A stretch of 64,000 bases of DNA from an uncultured Coprobacillus sp. (GCA_964389905.1 CAYMGD010000001.1:47334-111333); one strand, 5' to 3'; positions 48,576-60,233 are shown, counted from the stretch's first letter. Numbers and translations are program-made. The notes: generated by a model not told the origin, from the letters alone.

Positions 48576-51500
48576 ATGGAGGTTAAAGTGAGTAAAACAA
48601 ACAAATTTATTATTTTAATAATATCAATATTCTTTCTTGCTATTTTCATAAGCTGCAAAGAAGAAAAATCAGAATTATTGCTATTAAAAGAAAGTTATTC
48701 ATTAGTAGAAGGTGAAAGCGTAAAAATCGAATATGAGATAAAAAACAAAAAAGATAATGATAAAGTTACAATAAAATCTTTAAACGAAAGCGTTGTTTTA
48801 ATTCAAGATAAGTATATAATTGCTCAAAAAGAAGGAACTTGTGAGATAGAATTATTACTTGTTAGTACAAATGATAAAAAAACAATCACGGTTACAGTAA
48901 ATAAAAAAATAGAAGAAGCTAAAGAAGAACTAATAGTTAATCAAAAAGAATATACTTTAGAACTTGGTGATAGTATATCATTAGATTTTGAAACTAAAAA
49001 TCTTAAAGATGGTACTAAAGTAATTATAGAAACATCAAATGAGGAAATAGTATCAGTTGAAAATAATAGTATTATTGCAAATAAAGCTGGAACAGCTATT
49101 ATAACAATATATTTATCAAGTGATATGCAAAAGAAAACTATAACTGTAACAGTTAATGAACCACCCAAACCATCTATTTCAATTGCTAATAAAGGTGAAA
49201 ATGTAAGCTTATATGGCTTTTTAACACTAATTTGTGATATAGATAATGCTATTAATGATGATTATATCATTGAATCATCAGACGAAAGTATTATCAAAAT
49301 AACAAATGATGGCCTATTAGAAGGTATATCTTTAGGTAAAGCTACAATTAAAGTAACATTAAAAGAAAATACTGAAGTAACTTGCGAGGCTGAATTTGAA
49401 GTTACTATTGATCCAATGATTATTATGGATAAACTTAATATTGCCGATGTTTTAGTTAAAGATGTTGTAACATTTGGGGAAAATCCTAAAGAAAGACATC
49501 AAACAGTTTTAGGAAGTGTATTAAGATATTCATTTAATGATTTAAATATCATAAGTCAAATAGCTCCTATTGATGAGAATCAGTACACAGGACAAGTTGC
49601 AACTGAAGAAATGCTTGAAACAGTTGAACCAATGAAACTAGTTAGACCTGGAATATATTTAGAAGAATTAAAGTATATTATATATCATGATACGGGTAAT
49701 ATAAATGCTGGTGCAAATGCGAAAATGCACGCTGATTATATGGTGTCAAGTGGAAATAGAAATCTAAGAGCCCGTTCATGGCATTATACTGTTGATGAAG
49801 ATGGCATTTACCAACAAGTACCAGATAACGAAATCACATGGCAAGGTGATTCATATGATGCTTATGCAAAATCAATTGGTATCGAAACTTGTGTCAATTA
49901 TGGTTCTGATTTGTATCGTGTATGGCTCAATGCCGCAAAACTAATGGCTAGTTTAATTGAAAAATATGGTTTATCAATTGAATGTATAAAGCAACATTAT
50001 GAAATGAGTGGCAAGAATTGTCCTCAAACTCTACGTGAAAACAATTTATATAGTTACGCAATTTCCCTAATCGAAGGAGAAATACTCTTCAATACATATA
50101 TGAAAGATTATAAAGTAACTTTTGAGTCGCTTTCACCAGAATATTTAGATAATACTGGAAAAGTTATCAAACAACCAACCCAAACAACTAGATTAGCATA
50201 TAAAATAGAAATCACTGGAAAAGGCTATAAAGAATCAAAAATTTATTATTCAGTAATTGCTGGCTCTGAGGATTCAAGCCCTATTTCCTCAAGTATAGAA
50301 GAAATTGAATGTGCTAATAACTTTGATAAGAAAGTTATTGAAATTGGTGATAATGTTACATTAGCTGATGAACAGAAAATAGAAGAATTAGTTAATGAAT
50401 ATTATTCATATAATGAAAAAGTTCAAACATTAATCACAACAAAAGAAATATTGTTTAAAAAGGAAGAAGAACTATTTGCCTTATATAATATCAAAACAGA
50501 TATTTTAATTAATGAAGTTTTTATAGGTGCTTTAACAGACAAAAGATATTATCGATATATTGAATTATATAATCCAACAGAAAACAATATTGATTTAAGT
50601 AATTTCATAATAAAAATTAACGAAATAGATTATAAAATAGAAAAAGGCATAATAAAAGCAAATGGCTATTATTTAATAGCAATATCTAAGAACTTAGCAG
50701 TTTCTGAGGATTTATCAATGGATAGTAATAAAATAGAATTGCCTTTACCAGATTATGTGATTGATTGTACTACTTCAGATAATATGTGTATTAGTTTGCT
50801 TAATGGTGATAAAGTTATTGATATGCTAGGTATAGGAAATATAGCAGGTGAAGGTACACCAGTTTCTTATAGTAATAACTTAAGTATTTCTCGAAAACAT
50901 AAGATTGATACAAATGATAATAATCGAGACTTTATAATAGGAAGTCTTACACCAACTAATAGTAATTTTGAAAGCCTTTTAGAAATAAAAACGGTAAATG
51001 AAATATTAGCTTATATATTAGATTATGAAATTATTTTCTATAATAAAGATGTTAATAGTGATAATTATGATGAAATAAATGATTTCTTTAAGAAATTCAA
51101 TGATATTTCAGAAGAAGTGAAGGAATGTATCAAGAAAGGTAAACTTCTAAAAAGTATTGAAGCTAATTTAATAGGTTTCAAAGATCCTGATATGAAAGTC
51201 CTATATGAATTAGTTTTAGAAATTCCTGAACAAATAATTGATGATTATAGTTTTCCAAAATATGAAGGTGTAGTATTTAGTTATGCAAATGGCGAAGATG
51301 AAAGTTATTTTGATATTGCAAGTGGTAAGTATTTAAAGACAAGTTACGAATATAAATTAATTAAACTTGTTGCTTCGTTAAACGATAGCAAATTAGAATT
51401 CGAAATTAATTTTGGCGTAGCAAAAGAAACTGATACAATCGTATATTATACAGGTGAATCTAAACCATCTTCTGGAAAAACATGCGATGGCAATGGTACT

Positions 51501-52055
51501 TATAATACTCAATTAAGCGCAACTGGTTTTGGTGGAGTAGCTATTAGAGTTGATAACAAATTATTCTTTATTGGTAAAGACTCATTAATCAATTTAAGTG
51601 CTCCGAAAAATGGAACATTACTAACAAAAGAAGAGTTAAGACCATTAAAAAATGATACAACTATCAATAATTTAGGAATTGTATTAGGAGCTGGAAAAGC
51701 ATATAAAGGTGCAGGAGCTCTTTATTACAATGCTACATCTGAACCACTAAAATTTGATTTAAGTGATACTTATGGAAGAAATAATAATGGATCCTATGGT
51801 TATGCTAAAATAATATTTGCGATTAACGAAAAAGGAGAATATGCTGTTTCAAAAATACTACCTGATACTGGTACTAATGATTCAACAACTAATTACATTT
51901 TAACTTTAAACCCTGGTGAATATTTGTGGTGCCCTCACACATATGATACAAGGGAAGAAACTGGTACATGGCTATCATATCCTGGTGCCTCAACAAATAG
52001 TGGTATTTTAACACTAGGCAAAGAACTTGAAATTATTTATTATACGAGGAGGTAA
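48576..52055 (+). CDS. Secreted/lipoprotein cell-wall hydrolase: Big_2-like Ig domains + N-acetylmuramoyl-L-alanine amidase (Amidase_2/PGRP) + lamin-tail (LTD) domain
   Basis: Signal peptide plus FISC lipobox (alternative GTG start at 48588 after GGAGG). Amidase_2 motifs YIIYHDTGN..NAKMHADYM, ARSWHYTVDEDG, NCPQTLREN. LTD motif VFIGALTDKRYYRYIELYNPTENNIDLSNF. Confidence 0.6.
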   Translation: MEVKVSKTNKFIILIISIFFLAIFISCKEEKSELLLLKESYSLVEGESVKIEYEIKNKKDNDKVTIKSLNESVVLIQDKYIIAQKEGTCEIELLLVSTNDKKTITVTVNKKIEEAKEELIVNQKEYTLELGDSISLDFETKNLKDGTKVIIETSNEEIVSVENNSIIANKAGTAIITIYLSSDMQKKTITVTVNEPPKPSISIANKGENVSLYGFLTLICDIDNAINDDYIIESSDESIIKITNDGLLEGISLGKATIKVTLKENTEVTCEAEFEVTIDPMIIMDKLNIADVLVKDVVTFGENPKERHQTVLGSVLRYSFNDLNIISQIAPIDENQYTGQVATEEMLETVEPMKLVRPGIYLEELKYIIYHDTGNINAGANAKMHADYMVSSGNRNLRARSWHYTVDEDGIYQQVPDNEITWQGDSYDAYAKSIGIETCVNYGSDLYRVWLNAAKLMASLIEKYGLSIECIKQHYEMSGKNCPQTLRENNLYSYAISLIEGEILFNTYMKDYKVTFESLSPEYLDNTGKVIKQPTQTTRLAYKIEITGKGYKESKIYYSVIAGSEDSSPISSSIEEIECANNFDKKVIEIGDNVTLADEQKIEELVNEYYSYNEKVQTLITTKEILFKKEEELFALYNIKTDILINEVFIGALTDKRYYRYIELYNPTENNIDLSNFIIKINEIDYKIEKGIIKANGYYLIAISKNLAVSEDLSMDSNKIELPLPDYVIDCTTSDNMCISLLNGDKVIDMLGIGNIAGEGTPVSYSNNLSISRKHKIDTNDNNRDFIIGSLTPTNSNFESLLEIKTVNEILAYILDYEIIFYNKDVNSDNYDEINDFFKKFNDISEEVKECIKKGKLLKSIEANLIGFKDPDMKVLYELVLEIPEQIIDDYSFPKYEGVVFSYANGEDESYFDIASGKYLKTSYEYKLIKLVASLNDSKLEFEINFGVAKETDTIVYYTGESKPSSGKTCDGNGTYNTQLSATGFGGVAIRVDNKLFFIGKDSLINLSAPKNGTLLTKEELRPLKNDTTINNLGIVLGAGKAYKGAGALYYNATSEPLKFDLSDTYGRNNNGSYGYAKIIFAINEKGEYAVSKILPDTGTNDSTTNYILTLNPGEYLWCPHTYDTREETGTWLSYPGASTNSGILTLGKELEIIYYTRR

Positions 52056-52061
52056 GCATTT

Positions 52062-52667
52062 ATGAATAGAATAATTACAATTGGTCGTGAATTTGGTAGT
52101 GGTGGAAGAGAATTCGGTAGAAGACTCGCTGAAGAACTTCACATTGAGTACTACGATAAGGAAATCATCACTGAAATCAGTAAACATACTGATTTATCAG
52201 AAGAGTATGTTAAAGCAGTATTAGAAAAGAAACCTCACAATTTGTATCCAATTACTGTTGGTCAAAGTATGACTTTCTTTAATGATTATCATACAAAACA
52301 AATTCAATCAGTTTTTGCTGCACAATGTGAAATATTAAAATATTTAGCTGATAAGAGCGACTGTGTAATAGTTGGTAGATGTGCTGATTACATTTTAAAA
52401 GATTATAAACCATATCGTATATTTATTCATGCTAGTATGGAAAGTAAAATCAATAGATGTTTAAGTCGTAAAAATGAACAAGAAGATTTACCAATCAAAA
52501 AACTAAAGAAGTATATTAAAAATGTCGATAAAGATAGAGCAAAATATTATGAGTTTTATACTTATCAAAAATGGGGAGCTAAAGAAAACTATGATCTATG
52601 TATTAATACTACTGATACAGTTATAAAAGATATTGTTCCTGTAATAGCAAAGATATTTCAAAAATAA
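52062..52667 (+). CDS. Cytidylate kinase-like family protein
   Basis: N-terminus MNRIITIGREFGSGGREFGRRLAEELHIEYYDKEII is characteristic of the cytidylate-kinase-like P-loop family. Confidence 0.55.
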   Translation: MNRIITIGREFGSGGREFGRRLAEELHIEYYDKEIITEISKHTDLSEEYVKAVLEKKPHNLYPITVGQSMTFFNDYHTKQIQSVFAAQCEILKYLADKSDCVIVGRCADYILKDYKPYRIFIHASMESKINRCLSRKNEQEDLPIKKLKKYIKNVDKDRAKYYEFYTYQKWGAKENYDLCINTTDTVIKDIVPVIAKIFQK

Positions 52668-52739
52668 AAATAAAAATTATTTTTAATTTCATTGACAAAG
52701 AAAAATAATTATGGTAAAATACTAGTATGAGGTGACAAG

Positions 52740-53135
52740 ATGTACTACAACTCGAAAATAAGAGAAATAATTAAAGAAGTTGTTCTAACTACTTTTACTC
52801 ATCCCACAGCAGAAGATGTTTATTTAATTTTGGTAAGCAAAGGTTACAAAACTAGTGTTAGCACAGTTTATCGTAATCTTCATCAGCTTAGTGAAGAAAA
52901 TGTCATCAAAGAAATTGTAATGCCCAATGGCAAAACACATTATGATGGAAAAATGATAAACCATCAACATGCTTATTGTGTAAAATGTAATCAAATATTT
53001 GATATAGAAACAAATATTGAAAAATTAGATGAATTATTATCTGATATGACAGGAATGAAAATTGTTGATAAATCAGTAATTATTCGAGGTGTATGCAAAG
53101 AGTGCCAAAACAAATTACATAAGGAGGAACAATAA
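52740..53135 (+). CDS. perR: Fur-family transcriptional regulator (PerR-like)
   Basis: 131 aa. DNA-binding N-terminus, HxH region, and two CxxC pairs (CVKCNQ, CKECQ). Sits upstream of rubrerythrin. Confidence 0.65.
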   Translation: MYYNSKIREIIKEVVLTTFTHPTAEDVYLILVSKGYKTSVSTVYRNLHQLSEENVIKEIVMPNGKTHYDGKMINHQHAYCVKCNQIFDIETNIEKLDELLSDMTGMKIVDKSVIIRGVCKECQNKLHKEEQ

Positions 53136-53668
53136 TGAAGTACAAATGTTTAGTTTGTGGACAAATAATTGACACTAATGAGAAGTGTCCTATATGTGGA
53201 GCTGGTCCAAATAAAATAATTCCATATGTGGAAGAAGAATTAGCTTGGGCAGATGAACATGTTATCGGTGTAGCAAAGGGCGTTGATGAAAAAGTATTAG
53301 AAGGTTTAAGAGATCATTTCAAAGGTGAGTGCAGTGAAGTTGGTATGTATCTAGCAATGGCTCGTCAAGCTTACAGAGAAGGATATCCTGAAATAGCTGT
53401 TGTTTTAGAAAAAATAGCTCACGAAGAAGCTGAACATGCCGCAAGATTCGGGGAAATGCTAGGAGAACTAGTAACTGATAGCACTGAAGAAAACCTAAAG
53501 AAGATGTTAGCTGGTGAAAATGGAGCTTGCAAGAGCAAGAAAGAAATTGCAACACGTGCTAAACAATTAAATTATGATGCTATTCATGATTCTGTTCATG
53601 AAATGTGTAAAGATGAAGCTCGTCATGGAAAGGCATTAGAAGCTTTATTAAAGAGATATTTTAAATAA
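53135..53668 (+). CDS. rbr: Reverse rubrerythrin (N-terminal rubredoxin-like CxxC...CxxC + ferritin-like diiron domain)
   Basis: CLVCGQ...CPICGA, then EEAEHAARF and KDEARHGKA diiron ligand motifs. Confidence 0.7.
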   Translation: MKYKCLVCGQIIDTNEKCPICGAGPNKIIPYVEEELAWADEHVIGVAKGVDEKVLEGLRDHFKGECSEVGMYLAMARQAYREGYPEIAVVLEKIAHEEAEHAARFGEMLGELVTDSTEENLKKMLAGENGACKSKKEIATRAKQLNYDAIHDSVHEMCKDEARHGKALEALLKRYFK

Positions 53669-53674
53669 TAACAA

Positions 53675-53702
53675 AAAGTCAAGCGAAACGCTTGGCTTTT
53701 AC
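53675..53702. terminator. Bidirectional terminator between convergent rbr and cca
   Basis: GTCAAGCG-AAA-CGCTTGGC then TTTT, with an A-run on the other side. Confidence 0.55.
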
Positions 53703-55045
53703 TTATGCTTTTTATAATATGCAATAGTTTGTTTCAAGGCTAAATCTTTTTCAACTCCTGCTAGACGCATTTTATGAGCATAAGCTAAAAGTTCAGAAAA
53801 ATAGGTATCTGGTTTAATACCAGAATCTATTAAATCTTTTCCTGAAACAAAAGGTTTACTCATTGTTTCTTCGAAAATCTTTAATCGTGAATACAAGTAT
53901 TCGGAATTATCAGGGATCGTTTTTTCAGTAATGCGTCCTTTATTATCACATTCAGAAAGAATAATCAAATCTTTCGGATTGAGAGATTTATCAAACAAAG
54001 CATTAGTAACTTTAATTGAAGAATTTTCTTGAGCATATTGATTAGGCTTCATGTGAAATTCTACCATATTTAAAACATATTTTATAATATCTTTTTCATT
54101 AGTAATTCTTTTTAAAAACTTTAAAGCAATATCTTTTCCAACAATATCATGTTTATATGAATGAATAATACCATTTTCAATGTAACTACATTCACTTTTA
54201 CCAAGATCATGAGAAAGACACGCTAGCATAAAAGCTGTTTTATTGCTAACTTCATCAAGCCTTTTAGCACCTTCATCTAGAACCATCATTGTGTGATTCC
54301 ATACATCACCTTCTTTATGATAATCACTTCTTTGGTTTACATCAATTAAATCAGCGATTTCTGGAAACCAATAAGATAATTGATTCATTTTTCTTAAGTT
54401 ATCAAAGAAAATAGATGGTTTAGGAGACTTAAGAAGAGCTTTTTGAAGTTCTCCGAAGATGCGTTCTTTTGAAAGAGATGATATATCAATGCTCTTGCAA
54501 AGAGTAATGGTTTCATCAGCTATATCAAAAGAAAACCTTGAAGAGAATTGTGCAGCTCGTAATACTCTTAAAGGATCTTCAATAAATCTATTAGCATCAA
54601 TGTGACGAATGATATGATTATTTAGGTCACTAATACCATTAAACTTGTCTATTATTTCACCAGTAAGAATATTCTCCATCAAAGAGTTAATCGTAAAGTC
54701 CCTTCGTCTTGCTGCTTCGTATTCACCGATAAAGGGATTAACATCAACATCAAAATCATAATGATGAATACCAGTTTTCCTTTCACTACGTGGTAAAGCA
54801 ATATCAATATCAAACCCTTTTATATTATAAATACCAAAACTTTTTCCAAACTCTAATTTTCCACCGATTTTGTCTAAAATTTCTTCGAGGCTTTCTTTTG
54901 TAGTATTGTGTATTTCGATATCATAATCCTTGTTATCAATTCCTAAAAACTTATCTCTAACATATCCACCAACAAAATATGCTATTCCACCTTTTTCTTT
55001 AACTTTAGATGCTAAAGTATAAATTATTTCTTGTGTTTTATCCAT
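53699..55045 (-). CDS. cca: CCA tRNA nucleotidyltransferase (polyA polymerase head domain + HD domain)
   Basis: GGYVRDKFLGIDNKDYDIEI nucleotidyltransferase motif and HD motif LSHDLGK. Confidence 0.7.
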   Translation of the reverse strand: MDKTQEIIYTLASKVKEKGGIAYFVGGYVRDKFLGIDNKDYDIEIHNTTKESLEEILDKIGGKLEFGKSFGIYNIKGFDIDIALPRSERKTGIHHYDFDVDVNPFIGEYEAARRRDFTINSLMENILTGEIIDKFNGISDLNNHIIRHIDANRFIEDPLRVLRAAQFSSRFSFDIADETITLCKSIDISSLSKERIFGELQKALLKSPKPSIFFDNLRKMNQLSYWFPEIADLIDVNQRSDYHKEGDVWNHTMMVLDEGAKRLDEVSNKTAFMLACLSHDLGKSECSYIENGIIHSYKHDIVGKDIALKFLKRITNEKDIIKYVLNMVEFHMKPNQYAQENSSIKVTNALFDKSLNPKDLIILSECDNKGRITEKTIPDNSEYLYSRLKIFEETMSKPFVSGKDLIDSGIKPDTYFSELLAYAHKMRLAGVEKDLALKQTIAYYKKHK

Positions 55046-55193
55046 ATAAACCTCATAACATTCGATAAATATAGTATATCATTATTTGTATTTTTTTAAA
55101 AGTTATTATCATTATATATTGACATTATTATTAAAAATATATGAAAAAATAGAAAAAAGTGGTTGCTTAAAGCAATACCACCTTTAAAATTTA

Positions 55194-55718
55194 TTATTTC
55201 TTACTTACAAAATGTAAAGCAGAAACAAGTATACCAATGATAGAAAGCAATGCACCAATAACACTACCAATACCTAAAACATAATTTAGTTCAGTAAATG
55301 TAGAAACACTTGATGTACTTCCACCTAAAGCAGAAAGTGTTGTTGTAACGCTTGTTACTGAAGGAAGTAAGAATAATAAAATACATGAAGCAATAAAACT
55401 TATACATGTAATAAATCCAGTTAGATTTTGTTTCTTAAGAACAAAAACACAAATTACAGTAGCAATTATAGGTAATAAATATCCTAAAACAGCTAAAATA
55501 GAAAAGTTAATTTTTGCTCCTCCACCAAAACCAAATAATGAAGCTGAACCTAGGTTCTTTCCGAACATAACTTCAAAGCCATTATAACTATCATTACTGT
55601 TTTCCGCATTATAAGCTACAGCTGGTAATAATGCCGTTAATACAATTGCAAGAGAGATGATTAGAAGAATTAGTGTACCATATTTGGTAATTAATCCTTT
55701 AGATTTTCTTTTTGCCAT
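55194..55718 (-). CDS. Hypothetical integral membrane protein
   Basis: 174 aa, 4-5 predicted TM helices. No recognisable motif. Confidence 0.4.
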   Translation of the reverse strand: MAKRKSKGLITKYGTLILLIISLAIVLTALLPAVAYNAENSNDSYNGFEVMFGKNLGSASLFGFGGGAKINFSILAVLGYLLPIIATVICVFVLKKQNLTGFITCISFIASCILLFLLPSVTSVTTTLSALGGSTSSVSTFTELNYVLGIGSVIGALLSIIGILVSALHFVSKK

Positions 55719-55857
55719 TTAAGTATCCTCCTTTTTATATTTTAATTATAATATACTTTAATTAATTATTCAAGGAGATATTTAAGAAAAAAAATTAATC
55801 TTGACACAAGTATGAAGGTGGTATACAATAATTTTATACGAGGAGGAAGAATGAAAA

Positions 55858-58305
55858 ATGGTTCTTAAGAATAAAAAGATAAAGATAGATATAAAGAAAT
55901 TATTAATTTTATTATTTATATTAATATTAGGAATAGGATGTAATAAACAAGATAATTGTAATCATAATTTTGTTAATGGAATTTGTAGTATTTGCAAAAC
56001 TGAGGAATTTTCTGAAGGATTAGCATTTACTTTAATAAATAATGAATACTATGAAGTATCAAGTGTAGGTAGTTGTACAGATACTGATATAATTATACCA
56101 AGTATATATAATAAAAAACCTGTAAAAAGCATCGGAAATGAAGCGTTCTATGAATGTAGAAAAATAAGAAGCGTAATTATTGGCAATAACGTAACATATA
56201 TAGGAAATAATGCATTTACTTGTTGTGACAGCTTAATGGAAATAACAGTTCCAGAAAGCGTAATGAGTATTGGAGATGATGCTTTTTATGCTTGTGATAG
56301 TTTAAAATATAATATATATGATAATGCTAAATATTTAGGTAATAGCAGTAATCCTTATATGGTGTTAATGAAATCAACATCACTAAGTATAACAACTTGT
56401 ACTATAAATGTTAATTGTAAGTTTATATATGGTAATGCATTCTATGGATGTAATGATTTAGAATATAACATATATGATAATGCTAAATATTTAGGTAATA
56501 GTAGTAATCCTTATATGTGTTTGATAGAAGCAGTATCAAACAATATAACATCTTGTACTATAAATGATAATTGTAAATTTATATATTATGAAGCTTTCTA
56601 TGAATGCAACAACCTAACAAGCATAGTAATTCCAGAATGCGTAACAAGTATTGGAAAATTTGCATTTGGTAAATGTAATAACTTAACAAAAGTAACAACT
56701 TCCAATAGCATAACAAACATAGAAGAATTTGCATTTTTTGAATGTAATAACTTAATAGAAATAATAATTCCTGATAGTGTTATAAGCATAGGATATTCTG
56801 CTTTCAAAGATTGTAGCAGCTTAACAAGTGTAACGATTGGAAACAAGGTCACAAACATAGGATATCATTCGTTTGAAAATTGCAGCAGCTTAACAGAAAT
56901 AACAATCCCAGAAAGTGTAACAAACATAGGAGAATGTGCGTTTGAAAATTGTAGTAACTTAATAAAAGTAACAATTCCCAATAGCGTAACAATTATAGAT
57001 GCTTTTGCATTTCGTGAATGCGACAATTTAGAATATAACATATATGATAATGCTAAGTACTTAGGCAATAAAAAGAATCCTTATTTATGGCTAATAGAAG
57101 CAACATCAAAAGATATAGCATCTTGTACTATAAACAAAAAATGTAAGCATATATGTTATGGGGCGTTCTCTGATTGTAACAGCTTAACAAGCATAACTAT
57201 TCCTAAAAGCGTAACAAGTTTAGGTGGTGCAGCGTTCTCTAGTTGTAGCAGCTTAACGAGTGTAGTTATTGGTAATAGTATAACAACCATAGAAAATTCA
57301 ACATTCCATAACTGTAATAACTTAAAAGAAATAACAATCCCTCAAAGTGTAACAAGCATAGGAAATTCTGCATTTCAGAATTGTAAAAACTTAACAACAA
57401 TAACTATTCCTAATAACTTAATTAGTATAGGAGATTGCGTATTTTCTAACTGTGAAAATTTAACCAAAATAACAATTCCAGATAGCGTAACAAGCATAGG
57501 ATATGAAACATTTTCTAATTGTACTAGTTTAGAATATAACACATATGATAATGCAGAATACTTGGGTAATGATAATAATCCTTATCTATGGTTAATAAAA
57601 GCATCATCAGAAAGTATAAAATCGTGTACTATAAATGATAATTGTAAGTTTATAGGCAGTAAGGCATTCTATGAATGCAATGACCTAACAGAAATATCTC
57701 TTTCAGACAGTGTAACTGACATAGGAATTTATGCATTTGCTTATTGCAGAAATTTAAAAAGTGTAACAATCCCTGATAGCGTAACAAATATTGGAAGTTC
57801 TGCATTTTTTGATTGTTGGGACTTAGCAGAAATAACAATTCCCGATAGCGTAACAAATATTGGAAGTGATGTGTTCAGTGAATGTCATAACTTAACAGAA
57901 ATAACTCTTCCCGATAATATAGTAATTATAAGAAGTGGATTGTTTTATAACTGCCGCAAATTAACAAAAATAACAATTCCTGATAATGTGGTTTCTATAG
58001 GAAGTTATGCATTCTATGATTGTAGCAATTTAAAAGAAGTCATTATTCCTGAAAGTGTAACAATTATAATTGGTTATGCTTTCTATAAATGTAGTAAAAG
58101 TGAATTCTATTACAAAGGAGCTAAAAGCAATTGGGACTGTATATCTATAGAAAATGATAATTCTAGTCTAAAGGATACAACGATATATTTTTATAGTGAA
58201 AATGAACCACCATTAAATGATAGTGGAACGTCATATAATGGCAATTATTGGCATTACGATACTGATGGGAAAACTATTATTATATGGTATAAATGGTATT
58301 TTTAA
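55858..58305 (+). CDS. Leucine-rich-repeat (BspA-type LRR_5) surface lipoprotein
   Basis: Lipoprotein signal LILGIGCNK. Over 20 repeats of IP.SVTSIG..AF..C.NLT.ITI. Confidence 0.7.
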   Translation: MVLKNKKIKIDIKKLLILLFILILGIGCNKQDNCNHNFVNGICSICKTEEFSEGLAFTLINNEYYEVSSVGSCTDTDIIIPSIYNKKPVKSIGNEAFYECRKIRSVIIGNNVTYIGNNAFTCCDSLMEITVPESVMSIGDDAFYACDSLKYNIYDNAKYLGNSSNPYMVLMKSTSLSITTCTINVNCKFIYGNAFYGCNDLEYNIYDNAKYLGNSSNPYMCLIEAVSNNITSCTINDNCKFIYYEAFYECNNLTSIVIPECVTSIGKFAFGKCNNLTKVTTSNSITNIEEFAFFECNNLIEIIIPDSVISIGYSAFKDCSSLTSVTIGNKVTNIGYHSFENCSSLTEITIPESVTNIGECAFENCSNLIKVTIPNSVTIIDAFAFRECDNLEYNIYDNAKYLGNKKNPYLWLIEATSKDIASCTINKKCKHICYGAFSDCNSLTSITIPKSVTSLGGAAFSSCSSLTSVVIGNSITTIENSTFHNCNNLKEITIPQSVTSIGNSAFQNCKNLTTITIPNNLISIGDCVFSNCENLTKITIPDSVTSIGYETFSNCTSLEYNTYDNAEYLGNDNNPYLWLIKASSESIKSCTINDNCKFIGSKAFYECNDLTEISLSDSVTDIGIYAFAYCRNLKSVTIPDSVTNIGSSAFFDCWDLAEITIPDSVTNIGSDVFSECHNLTEITLPDNIVIIRSGLFYNCRKLTKITIPDNVVSIGSYAFYDCSNLKEVIIPESVTIIIGYAFYKCSKSEFYYKGAKSNWDCISIENDNSSLKDTTIYFYSENEPPLNDSGTSYNGNYWHYDTDGKTIIIWYKWYF

Positions 58306-58681
58306 GATTTGAATCTTGTATGTTTTGTGTAATTGAACAGTTATGACAATCACTAACTCATAATATTTAAATATGAAAATAAGAAGATATTGTATTTGTT
58401 GGTCTTTCAAAATCAGATTATAAATAAGTAGAATAATAAATATTAGCATAACTATTAATTATAGTATGCTAATTTTTTTAGGTTTTAATTAAGGTTTTAT
58501 ATAAATCTACAACTATACAAATAGAAAAAATAATTAAAGAAAAAGGACTAATAAACAACTAATATATTTAGAGAGTTATTAATTAATTCTTTACAAATAT
58601 GTTGACAGAATACTCTTTTATGGGTATAATAATTATGTATGATAATATTGAACATAAAAAGTTCAATATTGTCTAATCGTA

Positions 58682-59341
58682 TTGAATGAAATAAAGGAGG
58701 TGCAAATTGTGTTAATTGAGAGATTAAAAACCCGTTTTGACATAGATGAACCCATATTTACAAATGAAATACTTGAAATAATGCAAGACTATTCTCGCCA
58801 AAGAGTATATCAGTTGATAGACGAGGCTATTAAAAAAGAAACTCTTGTGCGTTTTGATACTGGTATATATTATTTGCCCACAGAAACGGAATTTGGACGT
58901 TCTGTACTGACGGTAAATGATGTTGTAAACAGAAAATATGTAAAATATAAAGGCGAAACGTTTGGAATATATGGAAGGTTTGTGATTGAATTAAATTTTT
59001 TGGTAAGCTATCAGGTTCCGAATGTAATTGAGGTTATAACAAATAATGAATCACGTAAGATGCGAGAAATTGAAATCAGAGGACGAAAAGTTATTTTACG
59101 TAAATCACGTTTGCCAATCACAAATGAAAATGAAGGAGCTTATACACTTATGGAATTATTTAACAATATCGATATGAGGCAATATTATGAGGAAAAAATG
59201 ATTAGAGATTCAGTTTCTGAATATATCAGAAAAAAACAAATTACAAGAAGTGATATATTAAGTCTTGCAGATGCATTTCCTGCAAAAGCTATGAAAAATT
59301 TAGCAACAAGTGGTGTATTATATGAAATTGCACAACAGTAA
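58682..59341 (+). CDS. abiEi: AbiEi-like antitoxin / transcriptional regulator (type IV TA)
   Basis: 219 aa. Overlaps the downstream AbiEii-like nucleotidyltransferase gene. Confidence 0.5.
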   Translation: MNEIKEVQIVLIERLKTRFDIDEPIFTNEILEIMQDYSRQRVYQLIDEAIKKETLVRFDTGIYYLPTETEFGRSVLTVNDVVNRKYVKYKGETFGIYGRFVIELNFLVSYQVPNVIEVITNNESRKMREIEIRGRKVILRKSRLPITNENEGAYTLMELFNNIDMRQYYEEKMIRDSVSEYIRKKQITRSDILSLADAFPAKAMKNLATSGVLYEIAQQ

Positions 59342-60233
59342 AAAATCTTTTGAGAAATTGGTTAGATTAGTGAGTTTTCATTATGGAATGGATCCAGCGC
59401 TTGTTGAAAAGGATTACTTTGTAACGTTGCTTTTAAAAGAATTAACTACAAGAGTTCCGAGTCTTTTATTCAAAGGTGGTACATCACTTTCAAAATGTTA
59501 CAGGATAATTGATAGATTTTCTGAAGATATAGATTTGACTTTAGATGAAAATCATCAGACACAGGGAAAAAAACAAATGAAAGCAGAACTTGTCGAGGCT
59601 TGTGAAGTACTAGGTTTGCACTTAATAAACTTTGATGAGATAAGAAGTAGACGAGATTATAATTGCTATAAAATTGAATATCCGATTCAACACCCATCAG
59701 TAAAAGTAAACCCTTTGTTGTTAGTTGAAACGACATACATAACAAAAGCGTATCCAAGTGAATTGAAATTAGTTAGTTCAATTATTTATGACTACTTGAA
59801 AGAGAAGGATAATGAAACAGCCATTGAAAAATACGAATTGCAACCGTTTGAAATTCGGGTACAAACACTTGACAGAACATTGGTTGATAAGGTATTTGCT
59901 ATTTGCGATTATGTTGTAGGTAGGCGAATAGAAAGAAATTCAAGGCATATTTACGATTTATCGTGTTTGCTTACAAAAGTAAAACTTGATGAAAAACTTA
60001 AGAATCTGATAAAAGAAGTTCGTACTGAAAGAAAGCCGCATGCTCTTTGCTATTCAGCACAAGATGGTGCAAATGTTTCATCAATGCTTTACGATATTAT
60101 AAAATCAGATATTTATAAGGAAGATTATGAAACGATAACAAAAGTTATGATGTTTAAATATGTATCATATGAAAAAACCATAAAGGCGTTAGAAACGATT
60201 ATTGCAAGCGGCGTGTTTGAAACAGAAAACTAA
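59322..60233 (+). CDS. abiEii: AbiEii/AbiGii-family nucleotidyltransferase toxin (DUF1814)
   Basis: FKGGTSLSKCYRIIDRFSEDIDLTLDE is the GG-S...D.D nucleotidyltransferase motif of AbiEii. Confidence 0.65.
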   Translation: MKLHNSKKSFEKLVRLVSFHYGMDPALVEKDYFVTLLLKELTTRVPSLLFKGGTSLSKCYRIIDRFSEDIDLTLDENHQTQGKKQMKAELVEACEVLGLHLINFDEIRSRRDYNCYKIEYPIQHPSVKVNPLLLVETTYITKAYPSELKLVSSIIYDYLKEKDNETAIEKYELQPFEIRVQTLDRTLVDKVFAICDYVVGRRIERNSRHIYDLSCLLTKVKLDEKLKNLIKEVRTERKPHALCYSAQDGANVSSMLYDIIKSDIYKEDYETITKVMMFKYVSYEKTIKALETIIASGVFETEN

